Assembly (NCBI GenBank): GCA_964453135.1
Contig: CAYVOL010000003.1
Span: 33,976-97,975, forward strand
Reading direction: 5' to 3'
DNA length: 64,000 nucleotides
Source: an uncultured Candidatus Saccharibacteria bacterium
GTDB taxonomy: Bacteria; Patescibacteriota; Minisyncoccia; UBA6257; UBA9933
Positions 48,247-57,840 of this stretch are shown here, piece by piece. Within the stretch, counting starts at the first letter, position 1. Each line of letters begins with the position of its first letter. The notes under the pieces are model-generated. The model saw only the letters and a program-made list of their open reading frames with translations. It was not told the DNA's origin and did no database searches. Position numbers and translations under genes: made by a program.

Positions 48247-49203
48247 ATGTTTTCATCGCATAAAAAATTTATTTTGATGTTCATCCTACTGGGGGTGGGT
48301 TTTGGGAGCGTATTTGTTGGTTTAGTTATGGCGGCGCAAGGTGATGGAAACGGCGGCTTGGGACCCGGTATGTATAGTGGATCTAACGCCGCTAACGGCA
48401 CTGCTCAAAATGGAGTGAATGTGGGAGGGTTGCCTAGCACAATCGCTAATTCTCAAAGTCCCGGAGAGTTGGTTAAAAATATTTATCAATATGCCTTGGG
48501 CATTGTCGGTTTGGCGGCATTGGGAGCGATTATTTACGGAGGAATCTTATGGATTTTTTCCGCCGGTATTCCCGGCAATCAAGCGAAAGCTCAGGAATGG
48601 ATTAAGGGAGCCTTGTGGGGACTTTTGCTTTTACTGGGCGCGGCTGTTTTATTCAATACTATTAATCCCTATATCGTGGATACCGGAGCGATTGATGCCA
48701 GCTTGAAGCAGAATCTTAATCAAGGTCAGTTGCCTCCGGCGTCTCAAGCGCCGCCAACTTCATCAACACCGACTGACAGTACCTGGCCTCCTGTTTCCGA
48801 TGCGGAAGCAAGAGCTATGATAGGAGGGGACGCTAATATTAATAATCCCGACTGTCAAAAGGTAGGGGATCAGAATTGCACAAGTTTGCGCGGGATGCCG
48901 AACCCAACATTGAATTGCATAAAACAAATCGCGTCTGCTACTCAAAAAGTTACCGGCGGAACAGAATGGTGGTTACATGGAGACGGAGTAAGCCCCGATA
49001 GTACGCATCATGGGCCGGGAAAGGCAACGGCAGATTTTCGATATTCTAGAACATTGCCAAGTCAAATAGACGGATATAAACAAAAGGGCTGGGTTACTTT
49101 TTATCAATGTGAAAATAGAAGACAAAAAATTAGTTGTGACGGAAGCCAAGGAACGCCCGATCATGTTCATGTAGAATTTGCTCCAGGCACTTCTTGCCAA
49201 TAA
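48247..49203 (+). CDS. VirB2/TrbC-like pilin fused to a putative M15 (Hedgehog/DD-peptidase fold) Zn-peptidase domain
   Basis: Pilin-like hairpin IYQYALGIVGLAALGAIIYGGILW...AQEWIKGALWGLLLLL...INP; C-terminal TGGTE..H...HH....ADF...DHVHVE. Confidence 0.65.
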   Translation: MFSSHKKFILMFILLGVGFGSVFVGLVMAAQGDGNGGLGPGMYSGSNAANGTAQNGVNVGGLPSTIANSQSPGELVKNIYQYALGIVGLAALGAIIYGGILWIFSAGIPGNQAKAQEWIKGALWGLLLLLGAAVLFNTINPYIVDTGAIDASLKQNLNQGQLPPASQAPPTSSTPTDSTWPPVSDAEARAMIGGDANINNPDCQKVGDQNCTSLRGMPNPTLNCIKQIASATQKVTGGTEWWLHGDGVSPDSTHHGPGKATADFRYSRTLPSQIDGYKQKGWVTFYQCENRRQKISCDGSQGTPDHVHVEFAPGTSCQ

Positions 49204-49210
49204 TTTTCTT

Positions 49211-50404
49211 ATGAAAAAAATCATTATCATAATTTCCATTGTCGCTATTTTAGCCGTAGGCGCCGGAGTTTATTTGGCTTGGCAGAAATACAGCAAGTCA
49301 AATGAACAGGTTTCGGTTCCCGCCACTCCTTCTACCGCTAACCCTTCTGTTAATTATCATTTTTCTTCTTCCACTGCGTCGCGGATGAGACAAATAAGCA
49401 AAGAACCGGCGTGGTTTTATTGGTTAAGCAAGGGAGCGGTTTCTATTTCCGGTTCCTCGTCTGCTTCTGTTGGGTTGACGCCGAGCGCGCCTTCCTCGCT
49501 TTTTTATATTGCCGCCAGCGACCATAAAATCAGAGAAATTGCCGCTAGCGGAGAAACGATGATAAGCGATTCTTTGTCGGCGGACGATTATCAAAGCGCC
49601 GTGGTCTCTTTTGACGGGAATTTGCTGGCTTTGAAAGTTGGCAATCATTTAAGTAATGGGTTAACCGGGCAATGGATAATTTTTGATGCCAAGAAAAAAG
49701 TTCAGCTGGCGTTTTTAAGCAATGTCAGCGCATTCGCTTGGTCGCCTTCTGACAATAAAGCGATTTATTTTCAGCCCAACAATAAAGGCGGTTCTGATTT
49801 GATTATCAATGATTTTACCGCGGTCAAGCAAAAGCCGCAGAAAATTATTTCTCTTAACCAGGGAGATTTTTCTTTGCAGTGGATTGCCGGCAACAATGTT
49901 CTATTGTTGTCGCCCCCCTCTTTTGATTGGGAGTCGGAGATATGGAATTTGGACATTAAAAATAAAACTTTGAAAAAAGTTGCTGCGGGGAAAAGTTTGA
50001 CGATTAACTGGGCGAAAAATGTTCAGGAAGGATTGAAGCTGGCCCAGCTCGGCAGCGATAATTATGAACTGAGCCTTGTCAATTTTTCCGGAGAAAAACA
50101 GGCGGATTTCAAATTCAAAACTTTTCCCGATAAATGTTTTATCGCCACGGCTTCCCAGCTTTACTGCGCTATTTCTAAAAATCAGGAAGTGTTTTCCTTG
50201 ACAGATATTTTTGACAGATATTTGAAGAGGGAGATTTATTTTAAGGACGGAATTTACAAGGTTGACTTGGCGGAAAATAAATTTATTCCGCTTTACGAAG
50301 GGGAAAATCCGGCCATAGACGCGGCGAATCTTACTTTTGACGGCCGCAATAAGCTGTATTTTATCAATCGGTATGATAAGCAGCTTTATGAGTTAGAGAT
50401 TTAG
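49211..50404 (+). CDS. Single-TM exported beta-propeller-like (TolB-like) protein
   Basis: N-terminal TM and propeller-blade-like segments SFDGNLLA, AWSPSDNK and LYFIN. Confidence 0.65.
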   Translation: MKKIIIIISIVAILAVGAGVYLAWQKYSKSNEQVSVPATPSTANPSVNYHFSSSTASRMRQISKEPAWFYWLSKGAVSISGSSSASVGLTPSAPSSLFYIAASDHKIREIAASGETMISDSLSADDYQSAVVSFDGNLLALKVGNHLSNGLTGQWIIFDAKKKVQLAFLSNVSAFAWSPSDNKAIYFQPNNKGGSDLIINDFTAVKQKPQKIISLNQGDFSLQWIAGNNVLLLSPPSFDWESEIWNLDIKNKTLKKVAAGKSLTINWAKNVQEGLKLAQLGSDNYELSLVNFSGEKQADFKFKTFPDKCFIATASQLYCAISKNQEVFSLTDIFDRYLKREIYFKDGIYKVDLAENKFIPLYEGENPAIDAANLTFDGRNKLYFINRYDKQLYELEI

Positions 50405-50465
50405 TCGTGTTTTTAGCGGAATTTGGATAGTTAATCCGCTCCTTCTTCTTTTCTTATTGATTTTG

Positions 50466-51806
50466 ATGAACGACGCTATAAAAAAGATGGTTTTTTATTT
50501 GAAGCTGCCGGAGATGCGGCTTTTTTGGTATATTGTCCTTTTGACTTTATTCTTTTTGTTTTTTGAATTTGAAGGGGCGTATCTTCAGCTTAATTTTTTC
50601 TGGATGGCTTTGATAAACATCGTATTTTTTACCGCGGTGGGCGTTATCGTTTTTATTACCAGTTTGCGATTAGCGGCTTTTAATCAAGAGGTTAAAATTG
50701 AACGCAACGAATTAAAAAGCGTGATTGCCAATTTGGGAAACGGCGTGGTGGCTTACGACCATAATTTCAAAGTTTTAATTTTTAATTCGGCGGCAGAACG
50801 GATTTTTAATTTGCGCTCCGGAGAAATGGAGGGAAATTATTTTGCGCCGGACAAAGTCAGGGACCCGCGTTTTTCCTTTTTTTGCCGCGTTTTGTTTCCT
50901 TCTTTGGCGCCGCAAGTGGTAAGAATTACCGAAGAAGGAAAATATCCGCAAATTATTGATATGTCTTTTGAGAATCCGCGCTTGGAGTTGAGGGTGGCTA
51001 CCGATCGGGTGATTGATTCCGATGGAAGGGTATTGGGATTTATGAAGATTATCCAGGACCGGACGCGGGAAGCGGAGCTTCTTCGTTCCAAAAGCGAGTT
51101 TATTGAGGTGGCGGCTCACCAATTAAGAACTCCCCTTACGTCCGTCAACTGGATTTTTGAATCGCTAGTCAAGGAAAAATTGAGCGAGGAACAAAAGAAT
51201 ATGGTGGATATGGGCGCTATCGCGGCCGGCAGTTTATTAAAGATCGTTAACGACCTTTTAGATATCGCCCAGATAGAAGAAGGGAAATTCGGATATAAAT
51301 TTGAAAGCGTTGACTTTGTCCGTTTCATGGAAGAGGTGCTGATTGAAATGAATGTTCTGGCAAAATCTTTGGGGGTGAAACTTTATTTTAAGCGTCCGGC
51401 CGAGGCCTTGCCTCCTTTGACGATTGACGCTAAAAAAATATCCGTTGTTTTGTCTAATTTGATTGCCAATTCTATTAAATATAACGTGGAAAACGGAGAA
51501 GCGGTGGTGGGGGTAAGGAAATTGGAAGATAAGCCTTATGTTGAGGTAAGCGTGAAAGATACCGGCATCGGCATTGCCGAAGAAGACGCTGGAAAGGTTT
51601 TTACTAAATTCTTCCGTTCTGATAACGCCCAGAAAGCCGTGCCCGACGGAACGGGCCTGGGGCTTTACATTGTTAAAAACATTATCAGGCGGCACGGAGG
51701 GGAAATTCGGTTTGATTCGCAGTTAAACCGCGGCACGACTTTTTATTTTACCCTTCCTCTTGACCCCAGTTTGATACCGCAAAAAGAATTCGCCTACGAG
51801 GACTAA
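50466..51806 (+). CDS. Sensor histidine kinase (2 TM, PAS, HisKA, HATPase)
   Basis: H-box AAHQLRTPLT, N-box NLIANSIKY, DTGIG, KFFR and GTGLGL. Confidence 0.93.
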   Translation: MNDAIKKMVFYLKLPEMRLFWYIVLLTLFFLFFEFEGAYLQLNFFWMALINIVFFTAVGVIVFITSLRLAAFNQEVKIERNELKSVIANLGNGVVAYDHNFKVLIFNSAAERIFNLRSGEMEGNYFAPDKVRDPRFSFFCRVLFPSLAPQVVRITEEGKYPQIIDMSFENPRLELRVATDRVIDSDGRVLGFMKIIQDRTREAELLRSKSEFIEVAAHQLRTPLTSVNWIFESLVKEKLSEEQKNMVDMGAIAAGSLLKIVNDLLDIAQIEEGKFGYKFESVDFVRFMEEVLIEMNVLAKSLGVKLYFKRPAEALPPLTIDAKKISVVLSNLIANSIKYNVENGEAVVGVRKLEDKPYVEVSVKDTGIGIAEEDAGKVFTKFFRSDNAQKAVPDGTGLGLYIVKNIIRRHGGEIRFDSQLNRGTTFYFTLPLDPSLIPQKEFAYED

Positions 51807-51856
51807 TCTCCGCTCTTGTTCTTGACTCTTGACACTTGACGCTCGACACTTATTCT

Positions 51857-52726
51857 ATGCCCGAGTTGCCGGAAGTTCAAACAATTATTGATGATTTGAA
51901 TAAGAAAATTAAAGGCGAAATTATCGCTGATTTTTGGAGCGACTGGAAAAAATCCCTTAAAGCGATTTCTCCGGAGCAATTTAGGCGCGCTGTAAAGAAT
52001 AAAAAAATTTTAAGAGCGCGCCGCAAGGGAAAAAATATTTTTATTGACTTGAGCGGCGGGAAAACTATTTATCTTCACCTTAAAATGACCGGCCATCTTT
52101 TAGTTAAGCCGGCCGGTAAAATTTCGGATTTGGAAAAAAAATATTTTGCCGAAAAAGTTAATCAGTATATTCACCATATTTTTTATTTTAGAAGCGGGAA
52201 AATCATGACCTTTTCCGATTTAAGAAAATTCGGGAAAATTATTTTAGTGCCTACTTCACAGGCGGAGGATTTGCCGGAAATAAAAAATTTGGGGGAAGAC
52301 GTTTTATCTCCAAGTTTTACATTGGAGAAGTTTAAAAATCTTTTGGCGAAAAAAAGAAAACTTTCTCTGGTTGTTTTTTTAGCGGACCAGCAAATTTTAA
52401 GCGGCATCGGCAACATATACCGCAGCGAAATTTTATTTGAAGCCGGCGTTTTGCCATGGAGGAAAGCCGGCGAACTGGAAGAAGAAGAAATTGGAGATGT
52501 TTATCGTGCCATTGGAAAAATTTTGAAAAAAGCGATAAGATTGCGGGGCACCTCCGACAGCGATTATCGGGACACCTCCGGCACTCCCGGAAAATTCCAA
52601 AATGTTTTGAGGGTTTACCGCAGAGAAGGCGAGAAATGTTTGGTATGTAAGAAGGAAATTAGGAGGGTAAAAATCGGAGCGAGAAGCGTCTTTTATTGCC
52701 CGCGATGCCAGAATCGTGAATCCTGA
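51857..52726 (+). CDS. mutM: Formamidopyrimidine-DNA glycosylase
   Basis: N-terminal M-PELPEV (true start 51857), HLKMTG, DLRKFG, GIGNIY and C-terminal Zn finger CLVC...CPRCQ. Confidence 0.96.
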   Translation: MPELPEVQTIIDDLNKKIKGEIIADFWSDWKKSLKAISPEQFRRAVKNKKILRARRKGKNIFIDLSGGKTIYLHLKMTGHLLVKPAGKISDLEKKYFAEKVNQYIHHIFYFRSGKIMTFSDLRKFGKIILVPTSQAEDLPEIKNLGEDVLSPSFTLEKFKNLLAKKRKLSLVVFLADQQILSGIGNIYRSEILFEAGVLPWRKAGELEEEEIGDVYRAIGKILKKAIRLRGTSDSDYRDTSGTPGKFQNVLRVYRREGEKCLVCKKEIRRVKIGARSVFYCPRCQNRES

Positions 52727-52757
52727 ATCGTAAATCTTGAATCGTGAATCGTGAATT
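52711..52757 (+). repeat. Heptamer array (GAATCGT)~6.7 spanning the mutM stop codon
   Basis: gaatcgt gaatcct gaatcgt aaatctt gaatcgt gaatcgt gaatt. Confidence 0.88.
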
Positions 52758-52772
52758 CTAACCATTCAATCA

Positions 52773-54656
52773 ATGTCTAAGCGCGATCTTTTTTTAGAGG
52801 AATCAATTTTGGACAATTTCTCTTCTTTGGAAGAAGTAGAAATGCCTTTGCCTTCCAAATCTTTCAGGATAGTGGCAGGCGTTGTTTTTTTAACCGCTTT
52901 AATAGTGGGAGCGAGAATTTTTTTTCTTAATGTTAAAAACGGAGATTTTTACCAGAGACGCGCTTGGGCGAATATGAGCGATGGCAGTATTGTTCCTGCG
53001 CAGCGAGGAATTTTTTTTGACCGCTTTGACAAGCCGTTGGCGAAAAACATCCCGTCTTTTCAGGCCATTTTGAAAATTTCCGATTTTCTTAAAAATGATG
53101 CTTCCCGACAGGAAGAAGCGCTGAAAAATCTGGAAACTGTTTTAAATTTAAGCGACGGGCAGATACAAGAATGGCTGGACAATATAAATTTGGAAAAACA
53201 AAGTTCTTTGGTTTTGGCCCGCGATTTGACCATTGAACAAATGGCGGCTATTAAAAATCTCCAGTATCCTTTTGTTGAAGTGCAAAATGATTTTCTTCGC
53301 CAATATGAGGGAGAAGGCGCTCTCAGCCATATTTTGGGGTATACGGGATTGGTATCTTCCGATGATTTGGCGGAAAACTCGGATTTTAGCTTGAATGATT
53401 CCATCGGCAAAAACGGGTTGGAGTTTTTTTACGATAAAGAGCTGCGCGGAAAAAACGGAGAAAAATTTGAATACAAAAATGCCAAAAATGAAACTTTGGG
53501 GCAGGATTTTTCTTTGCAGGCGAAAAACGGCAATGATTTGCATTTGACCATAGACAAAGATTTGCAGGAATTCTTTTACGGGAAAATGTCCGAACAGCTG
53601 AAGTTCTTGGGACGCACTTCGGGCGCGGGCATCGTGATAAATCCTCAAAGCGGAGAAGTTCTGGCTTTGGTTAGTTTTCCTTCTTTTGACGCCAATCATC
53701 TGACCAAAGATATATTATCGGACAGCAATCAGCCTTTGTTTAACCGGGCGATAAGCGGACTATACAATCCTGCTTCTACCATCAAGCCGTTGGTCGGCAC
53801 TGCCGCTTTGACGGAAAATGTTATTGATACTAAAAAATCGGTTTTTTCCGCCGGCTACATTGACATCCCCAATCCGTATCATCCCGACCAGCCTTCCCGT
53901 TTCGTGGATTGGAAACCCAACGGCTGGATCAATATTTATTCCGCGTTGGCAAAATCAAGCAACATTTATTTTTATTCCGTGGGCGGCGGATACGGCGACA
54001 TTAAAGGATTGGGCATTGAGAAATTAAGGGGATATTGGGAAAAATTCGGCCTTAATGAAAAAACAGGCGTGGATTTGCCCAATGAAAAAAGCGGCTTTCT
54101 GCCTTCTCCCGAGATCAAACAAAAAAATACCGGCGAACCGTGGCGTTTAGGGGATACCTACAACGTAAGTATCGGACAAGGAGATTTGATGATTACTCCT
54201 ATGGAGCTGATAAGCTATATTTCTTCCGTATCCACTAAGGGAATTTTTTACAAACCTTTTATCGTAAAAAAAATAGTTGACGAACAGGGAAACGTCATCA
54301 AGGAAAATAATCCTCAAGTTATTCGCGATATCTCTTATCTGAAGAGCGCTATGGGCGAAGTGGAGAAAGGAATGATTGACGTGAGCGAAAAAGATTACGG
54401 TACTGCTTATTTTTTGCATGATTTGCCGTTTATCGTGGCGAGTAAAACTGGAAGCGCCCAGATTCAAGATAACACTAAAATCAACGCTTTTTATGCGGGC
54501 TACGGGCCGCTGGATCCGCAATACGGCAATCGGCAAATCGCTGTTTTGGTTTTGGTGGAAAACGCGAAAGGAGGAAGTTTGAATGCCGTGCCGGTGGCGA
54601 AAGCAGTTTTTCAGTGGTATTATGACAATAGATTAACAGCCAAGGTTGGACATTAG
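52773..54656 (+). CDS. mrdA: Penicillin-binding protein 2 (class B)
   Basis: TM, RGIFFDR, HILGY, GKNGLE, SxxK (ASTIK), SxN (SSN) and KTG; adjacent to mreBC. Confidence 0.9.
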   Translation: MSKRDLFLEESILDNFSSLEEVEMPLPSKSFRIVAGVVFLTALIVGARIFFLNVKNGDFYQRRAWANMSDGSIVPAQRGIFFDRFDKPLAKNIPSFQAILKISDFLKNDASRQEEALKNLETVLNLSDGQIQEWLDNINLEKQSSLVLARDLTIEQMAAIKNLQYPFVEVQNDFLRQYEGEGALSHILGYTGLVSSDDLAENSDFSLNDSIGKNGLEFFYDKELRGKNGEKFEYKNAKNETLGQDFSLQAKNGNDLHLTIDKDLQEFFYGKMSEQLKFLGRTSGAGIVINPQSGEVLALVSFPSFDANHLTKDILSDSNQPLFNRAISGLYNPASTIKPLVGTAALTENVIDTKKSVFSAGYIDIPNPYHPDQPSRFVDWKPNGWINIYSALAKSSNIYFYSVGGGYGDIKGLGIEKLRGYWEKFGLNEKTGVDLPNEKSGFLPSPEIKQKNTGEPWRLGDTYNVSIGQGDLMITPMELISYISSVSTKGIFYKPFIVKKIVDEQGNVIKENNPQVIRDISYLKSAMGEVEKGMIDVSEKDYGTAYFLHDLPFIVASKTGSAQIQDNTKINAFYAGYGPLDPQYGNRQIAVLVLVENAKGGSLNAVPVAKAVFQWYYDNRLTAKVGH

Positions 54657-54714
54657 CAGGCATATTTGTTATTAATAAATGTAATAAAAAGTTGGATTTT
54701 GATTTTTATTAACT

Positions 54715-55752
54715 ATGCTCAATTATTTTCGCAAAGATATCGGGGTTGATTTGGGAACCGCCAATTCTCTTTTGTATGTCAAAGAGCGGGGCATTGTTAT
54801 TAACGAGCCGTCCATCGCGGCGGTGAATAATAAAACCGGGCAAATCGCGGCTATAGGCGAAGACGCCAAAAAAATGCTGGGCCGCACGCCGTCCCATATT
54901 TCGGTAATCAGGCCATTGGTTAACGGAGTTATTTCCGATTTTGAAATGACGCAGGAAATGCTCCGCCATTTTTTCAATAAAGCAAGCCAGCGCCACATTC
55001 TCAAATACTACCGCGCTGTTATCGGCGTTCCTCCTAATTTGACCGAGGTGGAAAGAAAATCAGTGGAAGATGCCGTAATTAACGCCGGCGCTTCGCGGGC
55101 TTATTTGGTGGAAGAGCCCATTGCCGCGGCTTTGGGCGCCCGTCTTCCTATTAACGAAGCGGTAGCGACGATGATTGTGGACATCGGCGGAGGCACAACT
55201 GATATTGCCGTTATTTCCATGAACGGAACAGTTTTCAGCAAGAGCTTGAAGATCGCCGGCGATAAGTTTAATGACGACATCATCCGTTTTGTCAGGGATG
55301 AATTTAAGTTGTTAATAGGAGAGCCCACGGCGGAAGAATTAAAAAAAACCATCGGCTCCGCTATTGCCTTGGAGGAAAAACTGGATTTAGCCGCCAGAGG
55401 AAGAGATATGTCTACGGGTTTGCCCAGGGAAATAGTGGTGAGGGGCGCTCAAGTGCGGGCGGCTTTGAGCCGTTCTTTGAAATTAATTTTAGAATCCATC
55501 AGAGAGGTGGTGGAAAAAACTCCTCCGGAGTTGGTGGGCGACATTTATCGGCAGGGGATTTATGTCTGCGGCGGAGGAAGTTTATTAAAAGGAGTGGGAA
55601 CTTTGATTGAAAGAGAAATTTCTGTGCCGGTTATTTTAATTGAAGATCCTTTGACTGCGGTGGCGCGCGGCACGGGAATTATCGCCGAAGATATAGATAA
55701 GCATTCCCAATTATTCACCATTCCCTTAAAGCCGATGGATATTAACGAGTAA
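54715..55752 (+). CDS. mreB: Rod shape-determining protein MreB
   Basis: DLGTAN, NEPS, EPIAAALG, VDIGGGTTD, AGDKF and GGGSLL; followed by mreC. Confidence 0.95.
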   Translation: MLNYFRKDIGVDLGTANSLLYVKERGIVINEPSIAAVNNKTGQIAAIGEDAKKMLGRTPSHISVIRPLVNGVISDFEMTQEMLRHFFNKASQRHILKYYRAVIGVPPNLTEVERKSVEDAVINAGASRAYLVEEPIAAALGARLPINEAVATMIVDIGGGTTDIAVISMNGTVFSKSLKIAGDKFNDDIIRFVRDEFKLLIGEPTAEELKKTIGSAIALEEKLDLAARGRDMSTGLPREIVVRGAQVRAALSRSLKLILESIREVVEKTPPELVGDIYRQGIYVCGGGSLLKGVGTLIEREISVPVILIEDPLTAVARGTGIIAEDIDKHSQLFTIPLKPMDINE

Positions 55753-55779
55753 AGGCGCGCGGCGCATTCGTTATTTATA

Positions 55780-56460
55780 ATGATAAAAAAAGTTATTTTA
55801 ATTTTTCTGACGATTTTTCTTTTATTTTTAACGTTTGCTTCGGATATTTTCACGGGAAAAAGTTTTTTGTCGCTAGGGAAGGATTTTTTATCTCACTATT
55901 TCAGCGGACTTTATCAGGAGAATAAATTATTAAAACAGGAGAATTTTGATTTGAGAGCGCAAATTCAGGAGTGCCAAATAGCGTCTTTTAAGCAGTTGGA
56001 CGAAGATTATCAAGTTAATGTTTTGAGAGGAGATATTTTTTCGACCTATCCTTCCAACTTGCGGAGCAGTATCATTATTAATAAAGGCAGCCGCGACGGA
56101 GTAAAAGAAAAAATGGCGGCGGTCAAGGGAAAAAATATTTTAATCGGGCAAGTGAATAAAGTTTACGACAGCATCGCGGAAATTAAAACTATTTTTGATC
56201 CCCAGTGGCAGTTGCCGGTTAAGATAGGAGAAGATAAAATAAACGGGTTGTTTCAAGGCGGCAATGACCCGAAAGTAATTCTGGTAGAAAAGCCGGTTAA
56301 AGCCGGCGATCCGATTTTTACCGCGTCGCAGGACCTTCCTTTGAACTTAAAAATCGGCGAAGTGAAAGAATTTCAGGAAAAAAACGGAAAATCTTTAGGC
56401 GAGGCGTCCGTTAATGTTCCTTATAGCATCAATGATATTGATTTTGTTAACTTGTATTAA
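55780..56460 (+). CDS. mreC: Rod shape-determining protein MreC
   Basis: TM, coiled coil, IIINKGSRDGV and LIGQV; downstream of mreB. Confidence 0.85.
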   Translation: MIKKVILIFLTIFLLFLTFASDIFTGKSFLSLGKDFLSHYFSGLYQENKLLKQENFDLRAQIQECQIASFKQLDEDYQVNVLRGDIFSTYPSNLRSSIIINKGSRDGVKEKMAAVKGKNILIGQVNKVYDSIAEIKTIFDPQWQLPVKIGEDKINGLFQGGNDPKVILVEKPVKAGDPIFTASQDLPLNLKIGEVKEFQEKNGKSLGEASVNVPYSINDIDFVNLY

Positions 56461-56472
56461 TGCCGCAGACAT

Positions 56473-56660
56473 AGCGAAGCGAAGAATCCATCCTGTCATT
56501 CTGAATCCGCCAGCTGGCGGAGAAGAATCTCGTATTTATGCGATTGCGAATATGAGAGATCCTTCGTCCCCCGCCATGGCGGGGGACGAAGGATGACAAT
56601 TAAAACAGGATGACCATAAAAAACAACTATAAAAAGTGTAAATAATGCCTGGATTTCTTA
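56473..56660. mobile_element. Palindromic MITE/REP-like element, copy 3 (left end missing)
   Basis: Core TGTCATTCTGAATCCGCCAGCTGGCGGAGAAGAATCT...GAGATCCTTCGTCCCCCGCCATGGCGGGGGACGAAGGATGACA. The right end TGTAAATAATGCCTGGATTTCTTA is near-complementary to the left end of copies 1 and 2. Confidence 0.72.
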
Positions 56661-56702
56661 TAGATTATAAATTAAAGATTTTTTATTCTTTTTCAATAAT
56701 AA

Positions 56703-57188
56703 ATGGGCGAAGATATTAAAAAACATAAACAACGCAATAAAATAGCAGGGTTTACTTTGGTGGAAATTTTGCTGACTTTGGCGATTATCGGCGTTTTAAC
56801 CGCGGCGGTTTTGATAATGATTAATCCTGCCCAGCAGCTGGGCGTCGCGCGCAATAATCAGCGTTCCACAAATATCAATGTTATTATCAACGCCATTGGC
56901 CAGAATATGGGAGACAATAAGGGAAGCTTCGGCTGCGTTATCGGAGATATTCCCACTTCTTCCGTAAAAATGGCAAGCGGCGCGGGAAATTACGATATTG
57001 CCCAGTGTTTGGTTGGGCCGAATTATTTGCCCAACCTTCCTTTTGACCCGACGGCGCCGGGCGCTCATTATTCTTCCAGCGCTGATTACGACACCGGTTA
57101 TTATGTTTCCAAAAATGCTTCCACCAGCCGCGTAACTATTACCGCCCCTTACGCTGAGGCGGGACAGACAATTTCCATCACGCGATAG
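56703..57188 (+). CDS. Orphan type IV pilin
   Basis: AG|FTLVEILLTLAIIGVLTA, INP...ARNNQR and LPFDP. Confidence 0.88.
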   Translation: MGEDIKKHKQRNKIAGFTLVEILLTLAIIGVLTAAVLIMINPAQQLGVARNNQRSTNINVIINAIGQNMGDNKGSFGCVIGDIPTSSVKMASGAGNYDIAQCLVGPNYLPNLPFDPTAPGAHYSSSADYDTGYYVSKNASTSRVTITAPYAEAGQTISITR

Positions 57189-57218
57189 AGCCAAGAGCCA
57201 AAGCCGTTTAAAAATTTT

Positions 57219-57779
57219 TTAACAGCGCGGTTCGGGAAAAATTTCCGCAAGAATTTTCTCAAACGCAGTTTGGATTTTGCGTTCGTCGCTTGCCGTTATT
57301 GTTTTCAGCACGTACTCCTCCGCCTTTATCTTCCGCGCCGCGCCGTTATTTCTCTTATACTTGGCTATTCCTATCCTCAGTCTCCATAAATTTTTTGTGT
57401 TCAAAATTTTTATTATTGATTCCGCTCCTTTGTGTCCCGCCGACCCGCGCCCGAAAGAAAATTTATATTCTCCTATTTCAATATCCGCGTCGTCGTGGGC
57501 GATTAAAATCTCCCCCGGTTTTATTCCGAAGTATTTTATCGCTTCTTTTACCGCGTTCCCTGATTCATTCATAAAAGTTTTTGGCTTGACGACGGTTATA
57601 TTATTGTTTTTCAGATATTCAAATTTTTTGGCGGTTTTCAATTGCCGTTTATCTTCTGCCAGTCTATTTTTTATCAAATAGTCAACGAATAAAAAACCGA
57701 TGTTATGATAAGAGCGTTCGTAAGGCGCTCCGGGATTGCCCAAACCGATAATTAGCGAATAACGCGATTTGACATTCAT
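57219..57779 (-). CDS. pth: Peptidyl-tRNA hydrolase
   Basis: IIGLGNPG, HNIGF, KPKTFMNESG, HDDAD, AGHKG and RLRIGI. Confidence 0.95.
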   Translation of the reverse strand: MNVKSRYSLIIGLGNPGAPYERSYHNIGFLFVDYLIKNRLAEDKRQLKTAKKFEYLKNNNITVVKPKTFMNESGNAVKEAIKYFGIKPGEILIAHDDADIEIGEYKFSFGRGSAGHKGAESIIKILNTKNLWRLRIGIAKYKRNNGAARKIKAEEYVLKTITASDERKIQTAFEKILAEIFPEPRC

Positions 57780-57840
57780 CTTAATTATATTAGAATATCC
57801 TCATAAAAATTCAATTTTTACCTGTTGGAAGTTAGTCAAG

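Noticed and set aside
36228-50404. Integrative conjugative element or prophage
   Set aside because: No integrase, relaxase, att repeats or phage structural genes. The tail-fibre-like motifs at 11.9 and 20.1 kb are on signal-peptide-bearing proteins.
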